Origin: Orbicella franksi
Taxonomy: Eukaryota
DNA length: 64,000 bases
Direction of reading: 5' to 3'
Assembly (NCBI GenBank): GCA_964199315.1
Contig: OZ116700.1
Span: 4,898,001 to 4,962,000 of the forward strand
Both the position numbers and the translations under genes were made by a program. Under the pieces are notes generated by a model. The model was not told the DNA's origin, did no database searches, and saw only the letters and a program-made list of their open reading frames with translations. Below, piece by piece: positions 1-12,200 of this stretch; position 1 is the stretch's first letter; every line of letters begins with the position of its first letter.

Positions 1-2
1 TA

Positions 3-267
3 CGCGAAAATGTTTTACTGTGGAACACCACCAATGATGCTAAGACTGATTTCTTTCTCAAAGCCACGGATGCGTGCAATGCCTTTTCCACACTTAATAT
101 CTCGGTATCCTTGCTTCACTGTCAGTGTCAAAATAATGGACGGTGTGTGCCTCATCCAAATAAACCCAGAGGGTCTGGGTACTATGAGTGCCACTGTCTA
201 CCTGGATTTACTGGAGACCATTGTGAGACTAACATCGACGAGTGCCTGTCTTATCCGTGCTATCGAG
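3..267 (+). CDS. EGF exon, VWDE-like ([49 protein letters not shown])
   Basis: Open frame from position 3; EGF cysteine spacing and cbEGF start NIDEC; donor G|gtaata after 267 (phase 1). The PRGSGYYEC motif resembles VWDE-family EGF regions (recalled, not searched). Confidence 0.9.
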
Positions 268-3200
268 GTAATAGTCCTGATGGTGGCTTTTACGATGCAT
301 TCTCGGAAATATGTGGCCATGTTTTGGATCTGTGATTATTGTCCGAAGAGTATAAGTCAGTATTTGTGTAATCCTGAGCAGCTGCCTGTTAATTAATCAC
401 GTAACTTTTATTTATAACAAAAATAAAGTAAATCTTGGTCTACACGGGACTTTTCTGAGGTTAAAATGTTTTAAAAAAGTGACTTTTTGGGCAGCTTTAC
501 TACCCGATTGCCGGCACTCAGCGGCCAATAAAAAATTGAATCCGCGGGGACAAAAGGACAACAAAGTCCGTCATATTGACCAAGAACTACGGTGCCTGAA
601 GAAGAGCGGTTAACTGCCCGAGACGTCGCGTTTTAAAAACATTTAAACCTAGAACAAGATTGACTTTTTTATCGTATATGTGAACATGAGAGGTTTTGAA
701 AGTTTCAGAAAAACTATTAGTAACTAATTTAGGTAAGTTGATCTGATTAACGTTTAACTTGCAATTTAAGATGCTGTCTCTGTAAGAACCGACCACTGAT
801 TTTACTTCGAAAATTCGATTTTTCTCATAAGCTGGGATTTCAAAGCCCTTACCTAGTCAATCACTAAAATGAGTTTTGTTTCATTAAAAATTCCAATTGA
901 AGTTTTCTAGGATTGATTGAAGTTCGGTCCGCTCGACACAAGTTTCATGTCCGCCGAAACTGGAAAAAATAGCACATATTGCCGGCGCTCTAAAAAAATA
1001 ATATTTGCTCAAAAGTCCCAGTTCTTTTTTTCAACTATAGATATATCATAGCAGTTTGTTTAGCCTTGTTGCAATTATAATTCAATGTTGTTCCTCCAAC
1101 GGTTAAAAGAAGATTTTCTACCCGTTAAATCGAGTTTTGAACCAAACGCGAAAATAGCTTTACTTTGAAAGCACGTTTTAAAAATGTGGCACCTGTTTGA
1201 AACTGCTGAACTACATGAATAGAAAGTATAAATGTGCCTTAATTTAAAACAATAATAAAATTTGTCTGCCCACTAGGTTTTCAAAACTAACGACCGCTTA
1301 AATTTAGGAAATTTTGAAAATATGCCAGTGAGTAACTAACACACTCCCCTTCGTAAAATGCTCCGATAAATTCCCGTAAATCTCTTACCTGGCTTCAAGA
1401 TTAAAGTTTTGGTCCTTTGTAGCGATCCCTGAAACCTAGGTAGCATTAAAACTGTCAGCTTTTCCTTCCAACTGTAAGTTTACATATAAAGTAGATTTAT
1501 ACGTTCATCTGTGTCGAGCGTGACCGTCACATACTTCGATGTTCTTTGTATTACTGACCATTGTTTTCCTCGAAGCCGGTTTAATCATGTAGACTCCTCT
1601 TGAAAGGTTTGTAGAAGCACTCTTTTGGACAACTCTCGGCACACATACAAATATGAGCAGTAAACGGTGATTCAGGAAGCCAAGGAAGGATTGATAAATG
1701 CCACGGCCATTTTCTGTTTACAACAAGTGATTTAGTTCCCAATCTTCCCGTACTCACGGGAAGATTGGGAACTAAATCACTTGTTGTTGTTCAAAATTTC
1801 CTGAACTTTAAGCGGTCGTTAGTTTTGAAAACCTAGTGGGCAGACAAATTTTATTATTGTTTTAAATTAAGGCACATTTATACTTTCTATTCATGTAGTT
1901 CAGCAGTTTCAAACAGGTGCCACATTTTTAAAACGTGCTTTCAAAGTAAAGCTATTTTCGCGTTTGGTTCAAAACTCGATTTAACGGGTAGAAAATCTTC
2001 TTTTAACCGTTGGAGGAACAACATTGAATTATAATTGCAACATGGCTAAACAAACTGCTATGATATATCTATAGTTGAAAAAAAGAATTGGGACTTTTGA
2101 GCAAACATTATTTTTTTTTTAGAGCGCCGGCAATATGTGCTATTTTTTCCAGTTTCGGCGGACATGAAACTTGTGTCGAGCGGACCGAACTTCAATCAAT
2201 CCTAGAAAACTTCAATTGGAATTTTTAATGAAACAAAACTCATTTTAGTGATTGACAAGGTAAGGGCTCTGAAATCCCAGCTTATGAGAAAAATCGAATT
2301 TTCGAAGTAAAATCAGTGGTCGGTTCTTACACAGACAGCCTCTTAATAAGCTCATATTAGTGAGAAATGGGGCTAATAAAATTGGCCAATAACAATTTCA
2401 AGTGGCTTCTGCTCATACGAAAACTGATTGCTGAAATGCTTTATACCAAGGTCGTTGCATCGATGGAGTTAACCACTTTACGTGCGTCTGCTATTCCGGA
2501 TACGTTGGGAGAAAGTGTGAAATAAATTATGACGACTGCAGTTCTTCTCCTTGCATTCACGGTTAGTGGTCCAAGCTCTAAAAGCACAAGTAACGGCCCG
2601 AGGCAAATATCATTTCTATAAAATGTCTTTTAAAAGTTCTATCATATTTCCTAAATGTTTAAATTGATGTAATAGTCTTGCTATAATGAAGAAAATATAC
2701 AAAATATATTGTATCCGAGTTGCAGTTCAAAGATTAAAACTTGAAAGACTACCGCGGTTATCTATACTGTACGCAAATTGGGCACTTGAAAAGTAAGGCC
2801 CGAGATCTAGCCCGCGTGAATCAAATTGCTGCCCAAGGAAACAGAGATCACCTTCTCGTTTACTCGTTTTCCATATTCCCAGTAAGGATAGATGTTCGAA
2901 TGATGGTTATTGCGGGCAGGTCCGTGGGAAGAGGTCACCTCTTCCTATACAAACATGAGTTAAGTTTATCACAAGCTGCGGAAATTACTATTACGGTTCT
3001 AGTTGTTAGCTGCTCTCGTATGGCCAGCATCTACCTGAGATGTCATCTGTTAATAAATAAACTGCCATTTTTAAAACTCATCGGACGTCTTGCAACGTGC
3101 TGCAAAATCACAGTTTATCAAACTGTGCAAGGGAGTCTGGGTGAGAGTTTGAACAAAAGGCATATATCCTGTTCAAGCTGGCAGATTATCACCTGATTTC

Positions 3201-6200
3201 AGGTTAAATATCAGGCGATATTTAGCTGGAATTGTTAATGCCTTTATTTTCTTGTTTCACTGCTAATTCCTTTTCCTTGTTATATTGTATAAACCTTGGC
3301 AGGTAATTGCACTGACTATGTAGGGGCATATGAGTGTAACTGTGAACCTGGATACACTGGACAACATTGTACCATTGGTATTGATGAATGTAAATCATCT
3401 CCTTGCCAAAATGGTGAGTGGATTACTAAATACAATTAATTTAACTCATGGCAATGCATGAGTCAAACTCCGAGCCAGGGTCGACTGCATTGGTCTCTTA
3501 CATGTACTACGGATTTGTACTGAGGGTCTGAAATGTAATGGTAGGAATCTCTTAAGTTTAATTGCTCGAAATAGTTGAGCCACAATCGGCGGAAAACAAT
3601 CATCAATTGTGCTTTTGTTATCATTTTTCTGAAACCTAGTTTATATTGTTTCTTAAAATCTGTACTCAAACGCCCTCGTATTAGCGACGACTCACTTGTA
3701 AATGATACCAACTGGTTTTTCCATTTTCTTTGTAACCTCCAATTTTTTAGTCTGAAGTCTTTGAAACAATAGCAAAACATGCGTGGTCATTCGACCATCG
3801 CATAGATTTTGATAATTCTAGTGTCATCGACAAAGGCTCTTTTCGCATTAGAAAATCTTTGGAGGCTTGTCACACCTCTGCTACCAAGCATGCTGACAAT
3901 AATTCTAAGCCGATTCCAAACCAGTAGAGTATTCTTTTTAAACAATAGTCACCTAATTTACACATTTTTACTCTGCTTTTATTCTTAAGTTTTTTTATCT
4001 CGCCTTTTCTTGCATATATTTTATCATTCTGCATTCCATTTTTATCCGTCGAAGGCTGTAGATTGACAGCCGAAAGCTCATGTTCTTTTTGAAATTTTTA
4101 GCCAGCGAACGTTAACGACTCTTTTTAACGAATAAAAGAGTGTAAACCTTTCGATAACGTTGGAAACTCCTCCAAAGTTTTCGGGCGATTCTTAGCAATC
4201 TTCGTAAGTCTTCGGGAGATAGATCAATGATCTTTGAAAGTGTTCAGCCAATATTCGAAAATCCTCAGAAGTGTTCGGATGGAAACTTACCTATCTTCGA
4301 CTTTTTAACAAGTAACTAACAAGTTCTATGCGGAACTTGTGTGGAACAGTGTGGAAGTTACGCTAACAAGTTCTATGCGGTCACATACGGGAAAGGAAAG
4401 ACTGAAAAATAAACTTTATCTTCGACTTTTTAATTCTGGTCAAAATCGACCTCGGAAGACCGTCGGCAGCCTTCGAGCTTCATCCTACTACGGAAATATC
4501 CATTGTAACTGCACTTGTATTAAAACTTTGCTCTCGTGTCTGACAACTGCGAAACCAAGTTCATCTTGGAGCCCAAAAATATATATCGGACTGAAAGTAA
4601 GCTATCATTTTTTCAGATTTTGTTTCACTATAGGCTGATGTATGTGTAAATATACCCAGACTCCATAGGCTTCAATATCTCCGGTAACTTGTAGTAGCAA
4701 GTGCAAATGGCCTAAAAGAAAACTAAAAATATGGCTTATATTAAGGACAAATTGACAGGAAATTTTTAATCCGTAGAACCATAGTTAATTGACAGAGGGA
4801 AATGGTTTGGAAACTTGGCAAAGTTCTTTGTTGTATGTTTTTGTTTGCTATTTTAGGGGTCGACCCTGCACAAAACTCGGCAAAATACAAAAGGTATTAC
4901 GCCCATAGTTTGTCTATAGGACCGTTCCGCACAGACAAATTCGACAGTAAGCAGCAAATCAGAAACGTGCGTAGACATTGCACTGTAGAAACGTTCGCTT
5001 GAAGAAAAAATTACTCCAATTTTTTTCATGGAAAACAACAGCTTTCTATTTTATGGGCGATAGTTTGCCTACACATTAAAAATACAAAAGGCGACGTCGA
5101 AATTTTCAAAAAAAAAAAAGGTGATTACTGGACGTGCTTGACACTAGACACGACACGACACGACACGACACTTGACACGTGTTGCAAAGTCGCTAAAAAC
5201 AGAGAGTTAATCATTCAAAGCTCGAACAAAATGACTTTAAAGAACCATATGCGGTGCTGCACCGCTACTAGTGTAAAATGGTGTTGTTGTTGTTGTTTTT
5301 GTTTTAGTTTAGTTTAACTCATGTTATTTCTCTCCATGTGGCTCTTAAAAGTGAAACATTACCTTTTATATCATCAGGAATTTGCATTGATCATGTCAAT
5401 AACTACACGTGCAACTGCCACGTTGGTTTTACTGGACCTCATTGCGACGTTAAAATCAAGAATTGTGCCAGTGATTCCTGTTACCCAAATGTGAAATGCT
5501 TTAAAAACAGCAACACGATTTCATGTGGTCCGTGTCCATTTGGTTTCAGTGGCGATGGAAAGAATTGTGAAGGTAAGTGTGCGTGAATAAAATTATAATA
5601 CGTTTAAAGGCAACAAGGACGTTTTCAGTCCCGGCCCCACCCCGATATCCCACTCCAACCCCCCTTATCCACCCCTGCCGAATTCAGGCTGTGCTGGGTT
5701 AACAGTCGGCTGTGATATAACAGGTGGGAAAAGCTTTAATCAGCTGTTATTAAGACAAGCTTCACGACTTGGCGTTAACGAATCGAGTCATTTAACATCT
5801 TTTTAACATCTTCCGCTAGATATCGTAAATTGTCGTTATTTGTTGCTCCATTTCTAAGGATTTATGTTCTGGCAGCCTCCAGAGCAACTACAGAGCTCAG
5901 TGCATGGTAGGTTGGCCTTGACACATTTGCAACGACTACTTTTCAACCTTTCTTGCATCCTCTCTTCAGCAATTCACTGCACGCTTTAGAGGCTTCTGGA
6001 AGAACAGTCCAGCGGGGTCTTCATCTGTCGTTCTCCGTTTTCCATCCAAAATCAGACGGGGATGGATTGCTCATCAAGGGACGTCCAGATGCGTGCTTGG
6101 TAAAGAACTCTGTTAGAATGATTCAACAGGGCATCCTAACAACGGAAATTGTATATAAATGGACTTAACACACGTATAACTTTAAACAAACACGCACCGC

Positions 6201-9200
6201 TTATTTCCATGTACTATATAAATTAAGCTCTGATATAGCCCAAGTAGAATAACTAGAGCATAGCTTTATGGTAGGCTTTGGTTAGCTAAAAGAAATTGAT
6301 AAGTGGATTCAATACCAGAAAAGGCTGCGTTAGTTGAAATGTTTCTCGTCTTTTCGCTAAACTGGTTAATTCTTTTCGCGTTGTCCTAACAGGTGTTAAC
6401 CAATCATATTCAAATTTAGCAAAAACGAAAAACAACTAAAATTTGTGTGTGATAGGTTCTTACCTCTGTTGGGGGAATGTTTTCTAGCGCCCGATTCTTT
6501 TTTGTGAAGAGTTCTCGTCGAGCAGTGTTCACATCAGTAGCAAGGCTGGTCCTGTCATAAAGAATCACCACAAAGCGCTGCAGGACATCAAACACAGGAG
6601 TGTTGATCTCAAGTGGAAGAAAGGGGCTATCATTCACGAAAAGGAAAGCTTCTGTGGCTTCAGGGTACGCTTTCTAGGCCTCCCACGCAGATTTCTTTCC
6701 TTTCTCCAGGAATGCTGACGTAGTGTCAGAACCAATGAACGCGTGAAAAAATGGAGGCGCACGGCATTTCTGCTCGTCCAAATACTCACAAATGGTGTTA
6801 ACGGAAAGCCGCTGGAAATTCTTTCCCATCCCAAAAGCGACCCAAAAGCTCAATCCAGGCCGAGTTGAAGACAACGTGTGGAACTGCGCAATTAGAATAA
6901 CAATAACAACTGTGCGAACTAAGACACTTCTTCCCCTCCCCCTCCCCCCCCCCCCCCCCTTATCCAAAGCATTTTTAAGGTGTACGGGAATCCGCGTGTC
7001 TCCTTCTTCATGGTGCAGCTACGCATTTGGTTCCTGGGGCAGCTTGAGATGACGTTTTCACCTAAGATTTAAGATGATACAGTCAGTATTAGCGTTCTTC
7101 AAGACTTGATGGACATAAAAAGTTTGAACGGTGTCTATATAAAAGATCTACTCAAAAATTGGTTAGCATCTTAGCCGAAGTTATGTAGACAACTTTGTCA
7201 GCTGGAAAGGAAGCTGTTTCAACTTTGCCAAACTCTGACAAAGAAGGTGGATACGGCTAATTTTCATGCTTGAAGAACTCTTCACGATCTCTGTCGCGGT
7301 GTTGGCTGGCAATATATAAACGACTGTAGAGGTAACGGTCACTTGTTACCGCTGTCAACTTTAAGGACGCTTTGGAGATTTGCTTTGGCTGCTGGCGCTT
7401 GAACAATGGCAAGGTATTCTTTGAAATCGTATCGTGAACCGACACAGTCCTTTCATCGATGACGTCTTTTACGAATTTCTTGTACTGGTGTAATCCAGTT
7501 TCCTGGACTTTATGCACAGTATCCGCGACAGAAGCATCTGCGCAATTGCGCGTGTCAAGGGCAAGTAATTCAGGGCAATCATCCTCAAAAGGGTTTCCCA
7601 TTTCTGAAATTGTACTTTAAAGATTCTGGACACGACTTTGAAAGGTTTTCTGTGTAGAAAGTCCTTGTTCGTGGTGTTTGTTCTTTTCATCAACATTTGT
7701 TTCACCTTTTAACTGACTTTCGAACTCTTGCAACACACGAGCGGTTTCTGGTCCGGCCACCATCCATCTCCTAAATAAAATTTTGCCATTCCATAACTTT
7801 TCGTTTCAATCAAATCATAACCTACTTAAGGTGATTCCCCACATTTGCGTTGCGCATCCTTACTGCGCATAATTTATGGCATCACTAGGCGCGCTCGTGC
7901 ACGCGCACATTGAAAACATGGCGGATTTGCCTTAATATTGAGTTCTGTCAGTTGAAAAATGGCTATAGCTCACTAACGAGCACGGCGGGCACCCCATTTT
8001 TTTCCAGTCGTTTTAATCAACTAATCATTGGCTTTGCGTGAGAAAAGACTGATTCGATTTCTATTGGTGAAAATTGAAGAAATAAGGAAAATAGCAGCTG
8101 CACTGTAGTCTTCTCTATTTGCAGTTTGATAGCCGTGGCAAGCAATTTGGTTGCAATATTTTAACAAGGATTCAGCTGTCTGTCAAAATCAAACTTAAAA
8201 CGTTTACGTGAGTCCGACACAAATATTGACTGTAGTTTGAGGCGTGTTTTCATGAGTCTGGGCTCTCAAAGATTGTACAATAACTTGGAATGCGTTCTTC
8301 CAATAAGCATTGAATAATGCTAAAATGGGACATTTTCAATGCCTCACTGCTCCTTAACGAGCATGGGCACCCCCACCCCCCTTTTTATTTTATAATTAAA
8401 GTTCTCGTATGATAAATATTCTGTGGACAAAGTTTGGACAAAAATCTATTGACAGTTTTATTTCAAGGGGAATTATCTTAAAACATTTTGTTCTTAAACC
8501 ATTTTATATAACATCTGGTGATTTCTCACAGTTTTTCATTTATCCCAAGTTATAACGCTTATTCAGAGTAACGTTTATTGAAAACCAGCTCACACATACG
8601 GATAAAAATAAAAATCACCGAACTCTACGTTTCTAAAAAACAAATTGACCTTGTTTCACATCATAGCGAGATGAATTTTACGTCATTGAAGGATGAAGTA
8701 TACAATATGAGGAGTTGTTATCCAACTGCAGCGAATACCGTCCAAATAGCAGTACGAATATACAGCGATGTTGTACAGTAGAAAACCTGTTTGCCGCACA
8801 GGTCGGCGCACGCATGCAAAACTGTCATACTCTCCCTCTTTCATTGATAAATTTATTTAGTACAACAATTGGATAATAAATCTTGTATTAGATGTTTTGG
8901 TGTGTAGTATCGCTGTATATTTTTACTCGTTGTAAAACTCGTAAAAAACTCGTAAAAATATACAGCGATACTGCACACCAAAACATGTAATTAGATATAT
9001 ATACTTACAGTTTACATATAGTGAAATTCCGTGTAAAACAAGGAGGAACTTCACTCTCAACCACTCCGCTGTCAACCCGGTCACCGGGAGGTAAAGCGCA
9101 TGTGGTATGGAAACACCGCTGGCTTTTTGTTACCATTTATCGTTTAAAGAAGGGCCGTACATATTTTTTATTAAGTTACAAATAATTTAAATAAAAGGAA

Positions 9201-12200
9201 TTTAGTCAATGTCTTCTCGCTAAGACATTTATGTCATAAATGAGGTGAAATTCATATCGAATTAAGCTTTGTAATGAATACGCATATATGTCGTCTTTTT
9301 TCGTCTTTTTTTTTACTACAAAAAGGCATTAAATTTTTACATTTGAGCACAGCTTTATTAAATTTTCATTATTTGTCTTTATTTTACCTATACCAACACT
9401 TAATCCACACTGTAATCAACAGAATGAATTATTTCATGGCTGATAATGGCACGCGGCTTTTGACACACCACAACTGAGACTCATTTACAAAAAAATCCCC
9501 TCCCCATCGCCCCTGGGGTATTTTTTGGTGGCACCCCTTCTAAAATGATTAGTTATACCGTAAATTATATTTGTGCCAAATTTGGTCCTTTTACGCGTCT
9601 TTTCACGATTTTCGTAATTTTCCCACCTAAGAGACCGGACTATTATTAAGAATAGGCAGAACACATGCTTCTGGAATAGGTTTAACCTTTTTTTCCAATC
9701 TAATTCATCTTTGGTTTTTTTTTCTTTTTTATTTTCAGCACCGGACATGACTACTACAGATGGTAAGTATGGCATCAGTATTATTATTACTGCTGTCCAT
9801 TTTTTGTATCTAATTCATGTTTCGTGTTTTGTCCCTTTTAGCACCAGAGATACCTACTACAGATGGTAAGTTAGCATCGACGTCACTTAGAATTGCTTTC
9901 TTCTGTACTGTGTTTCATTGCTATTATCTTGAAGTTGTTTTTCTTGCATCTTCAGTTGCAGCACGAGTCACAGGCGTTAAAACAACCACAGATCGTAAGT
10001 GTTTTAAAAGTATCATTTAATTTTTTTCAGAATTTTGTATTACAATCAAGTTTAATAACAATATCATTTTTACAATGTCCTTTGTTTCTTTCCGTTGTTA
10101 GAACCAGAGACTAGTACTACAGGTAATAAGCCTTTTAATATAGATTTATATTACATTTTTTCTTGTTGTAAGGTATGATTGTATTTCGTTCTGATTTCAT
10201 CTCTTAACAACTGTTTTCAAGTCATATTTCAAAACATTATTTTCCAGCATCGGAGATGAAAACTACAAATAAAGGTATGTTTATCTCGAATATAACTGGA
10301 AATTGCTAAGTATGACAATTTGTGACTAAATTGATAAACATTTTGTTATTTATAATTTGCATTAATTTTTTACTTTAGTTATATCTATATCCCATTCATT
10401 TAGAGCCTGAGTAATTATTGAAAGCATTTTTATAGTTCACGCTCGATATATCAAAATTCAAAAATAGCACCGAGGTTTTCCGCCAAACTTTTATATTTGG
10501 TAATGGTTTCTTTGTATTAAGTCTCTTGTGGAAATTAACGGGGAACTTTGTAATTTTGGGCAGAAAGCCTCGGAGCCAGGTTATAATTTGATATATTAAA
10601 CACAGGCATTTTCGCTATCCTTTATTACAAGGGCTTGTTTATTTTCAGCGCCAGAGATACCTATTACAGATAGCAGACCTTTTAGAAAAAATATAACTTT
10701 CGGATAGATATTCCTTAGAGTTTCAATTGCTTTAAGCTTCTATACAGTATAATTGTAATTTAATCATTATTGTATATGTTTATCTCATACTTATGTTGTT
10801 TCATTTCCAGAACCAGCGATAGCTACTTGTTTTATATTTATGTTATAATTTTTTCTCCTTTATAATAATTGTGCGTTTCACTCCAGCTCCAGAGACAACT
10901 ACTACGGAAGGTAAGATTAACACGTAGGGGCCAAACCACCCCCCTAATGTTTCATGAAGGCTATATTTGCTTGGTTTGTATATTTCTGAACCAAGTTTGG
11001 CAGATGAGCTTTCTTTGTTCTCCAGTTTATTTTAATTTAGACGTTGTGAATTGATGACGTCACCAAAACGTGCTATAATTTGTTGTAAAATCTGATGTAA
11101 AGATTATGTCTTTAGAAAGTCCTTTATTTGAGGAGTAAAATGCCGGAAACCATTTTTTGCTATGATGATTACTTTTTGAGATATGGTAAATTAAATATTT
11201 TTTTGCTCTCCCCCCAGAATTAGCTTAGCCATACTGTCCTTCTTAAGTCAGTCTTCTCTGGTTTATTTTTTTCAGTTTTTTTCTAGGAAGGCTAATAATC
11301 TAGAAAAATAGAAAGCTTGATGTTGTCAAAAATCGTATGGTTTTAAAAATTTGATTTTCGGCTTTTTTAGGATGGTATTAACAGTAAAAAATGGGTGACG
11401 TCACAGGTTATGACGTAAGAAAACTAATTTTAACGCAATAACACTAGAGGGATAATTTTTATTCCGATTTTCTTCTTTATTTTTGCTTTAGTCGTCTGGC
11501 ACATCACATGTGCAACATAGATGCATTTGCTAGAACAAAATTACGGCTCCAATTTGGGGATTTTTCTCAAAAGGGGGACCCCATATTTTGCAGAGTTATT
11601 TTTCATATTTAAAAATGCCATATTTAATTTAATTTTTGTGATATGGACAAAATTTTTTCAGGTTTCAACTCCCCTTGATGTGCTCTTTCGAAAACATTGT
11701 AAAAAAAAATATGCATATTAAAAATTTCAAAAGTGGCGAAAAACACGACGTCATCACTATGACGTCACAACTTTGACATTTACTGACATTTTTCACGTAG
11801 ATATAATTGGCAATAGGTCTCCTGCTCATCTACCAAGTTTGGTGCAGAAAGAGTCAACACTTTTTAAGTAATGCGAAATAATGTGAAATACCCAAGAACT
11901 TACGAAACAGTTGGGGGGTGGTTTGGCCCCTACGTGAATGTTAACATTACTTGAAATTGCAGTACTTTGTTTTATTTTTGTGTTGTATTTCTTTCTCATT
12001 TATAATAATTGTGTGTTTCATTTCAGCTCCAGAGAAAACTACTACAGAAGGTAATATTAATGTTAACCGTATTTAAAAATTGCAGTTCTTTGTTTGATTT
12101 TTATGTTATCATTTTTTTCTCTTTTATAATAATTGTGCGTTTCATACCAGCTCCAGAGACAACTACTACGGAAGGCAAGATTAATGTTAACAATCCTTGA

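Noticed and set aside
10-396. 128-aa ORF from the ORF track
   Set aside because: Wrong frame; the EGF exon is in the frame starting at position 3 and ends at the 267 donor.
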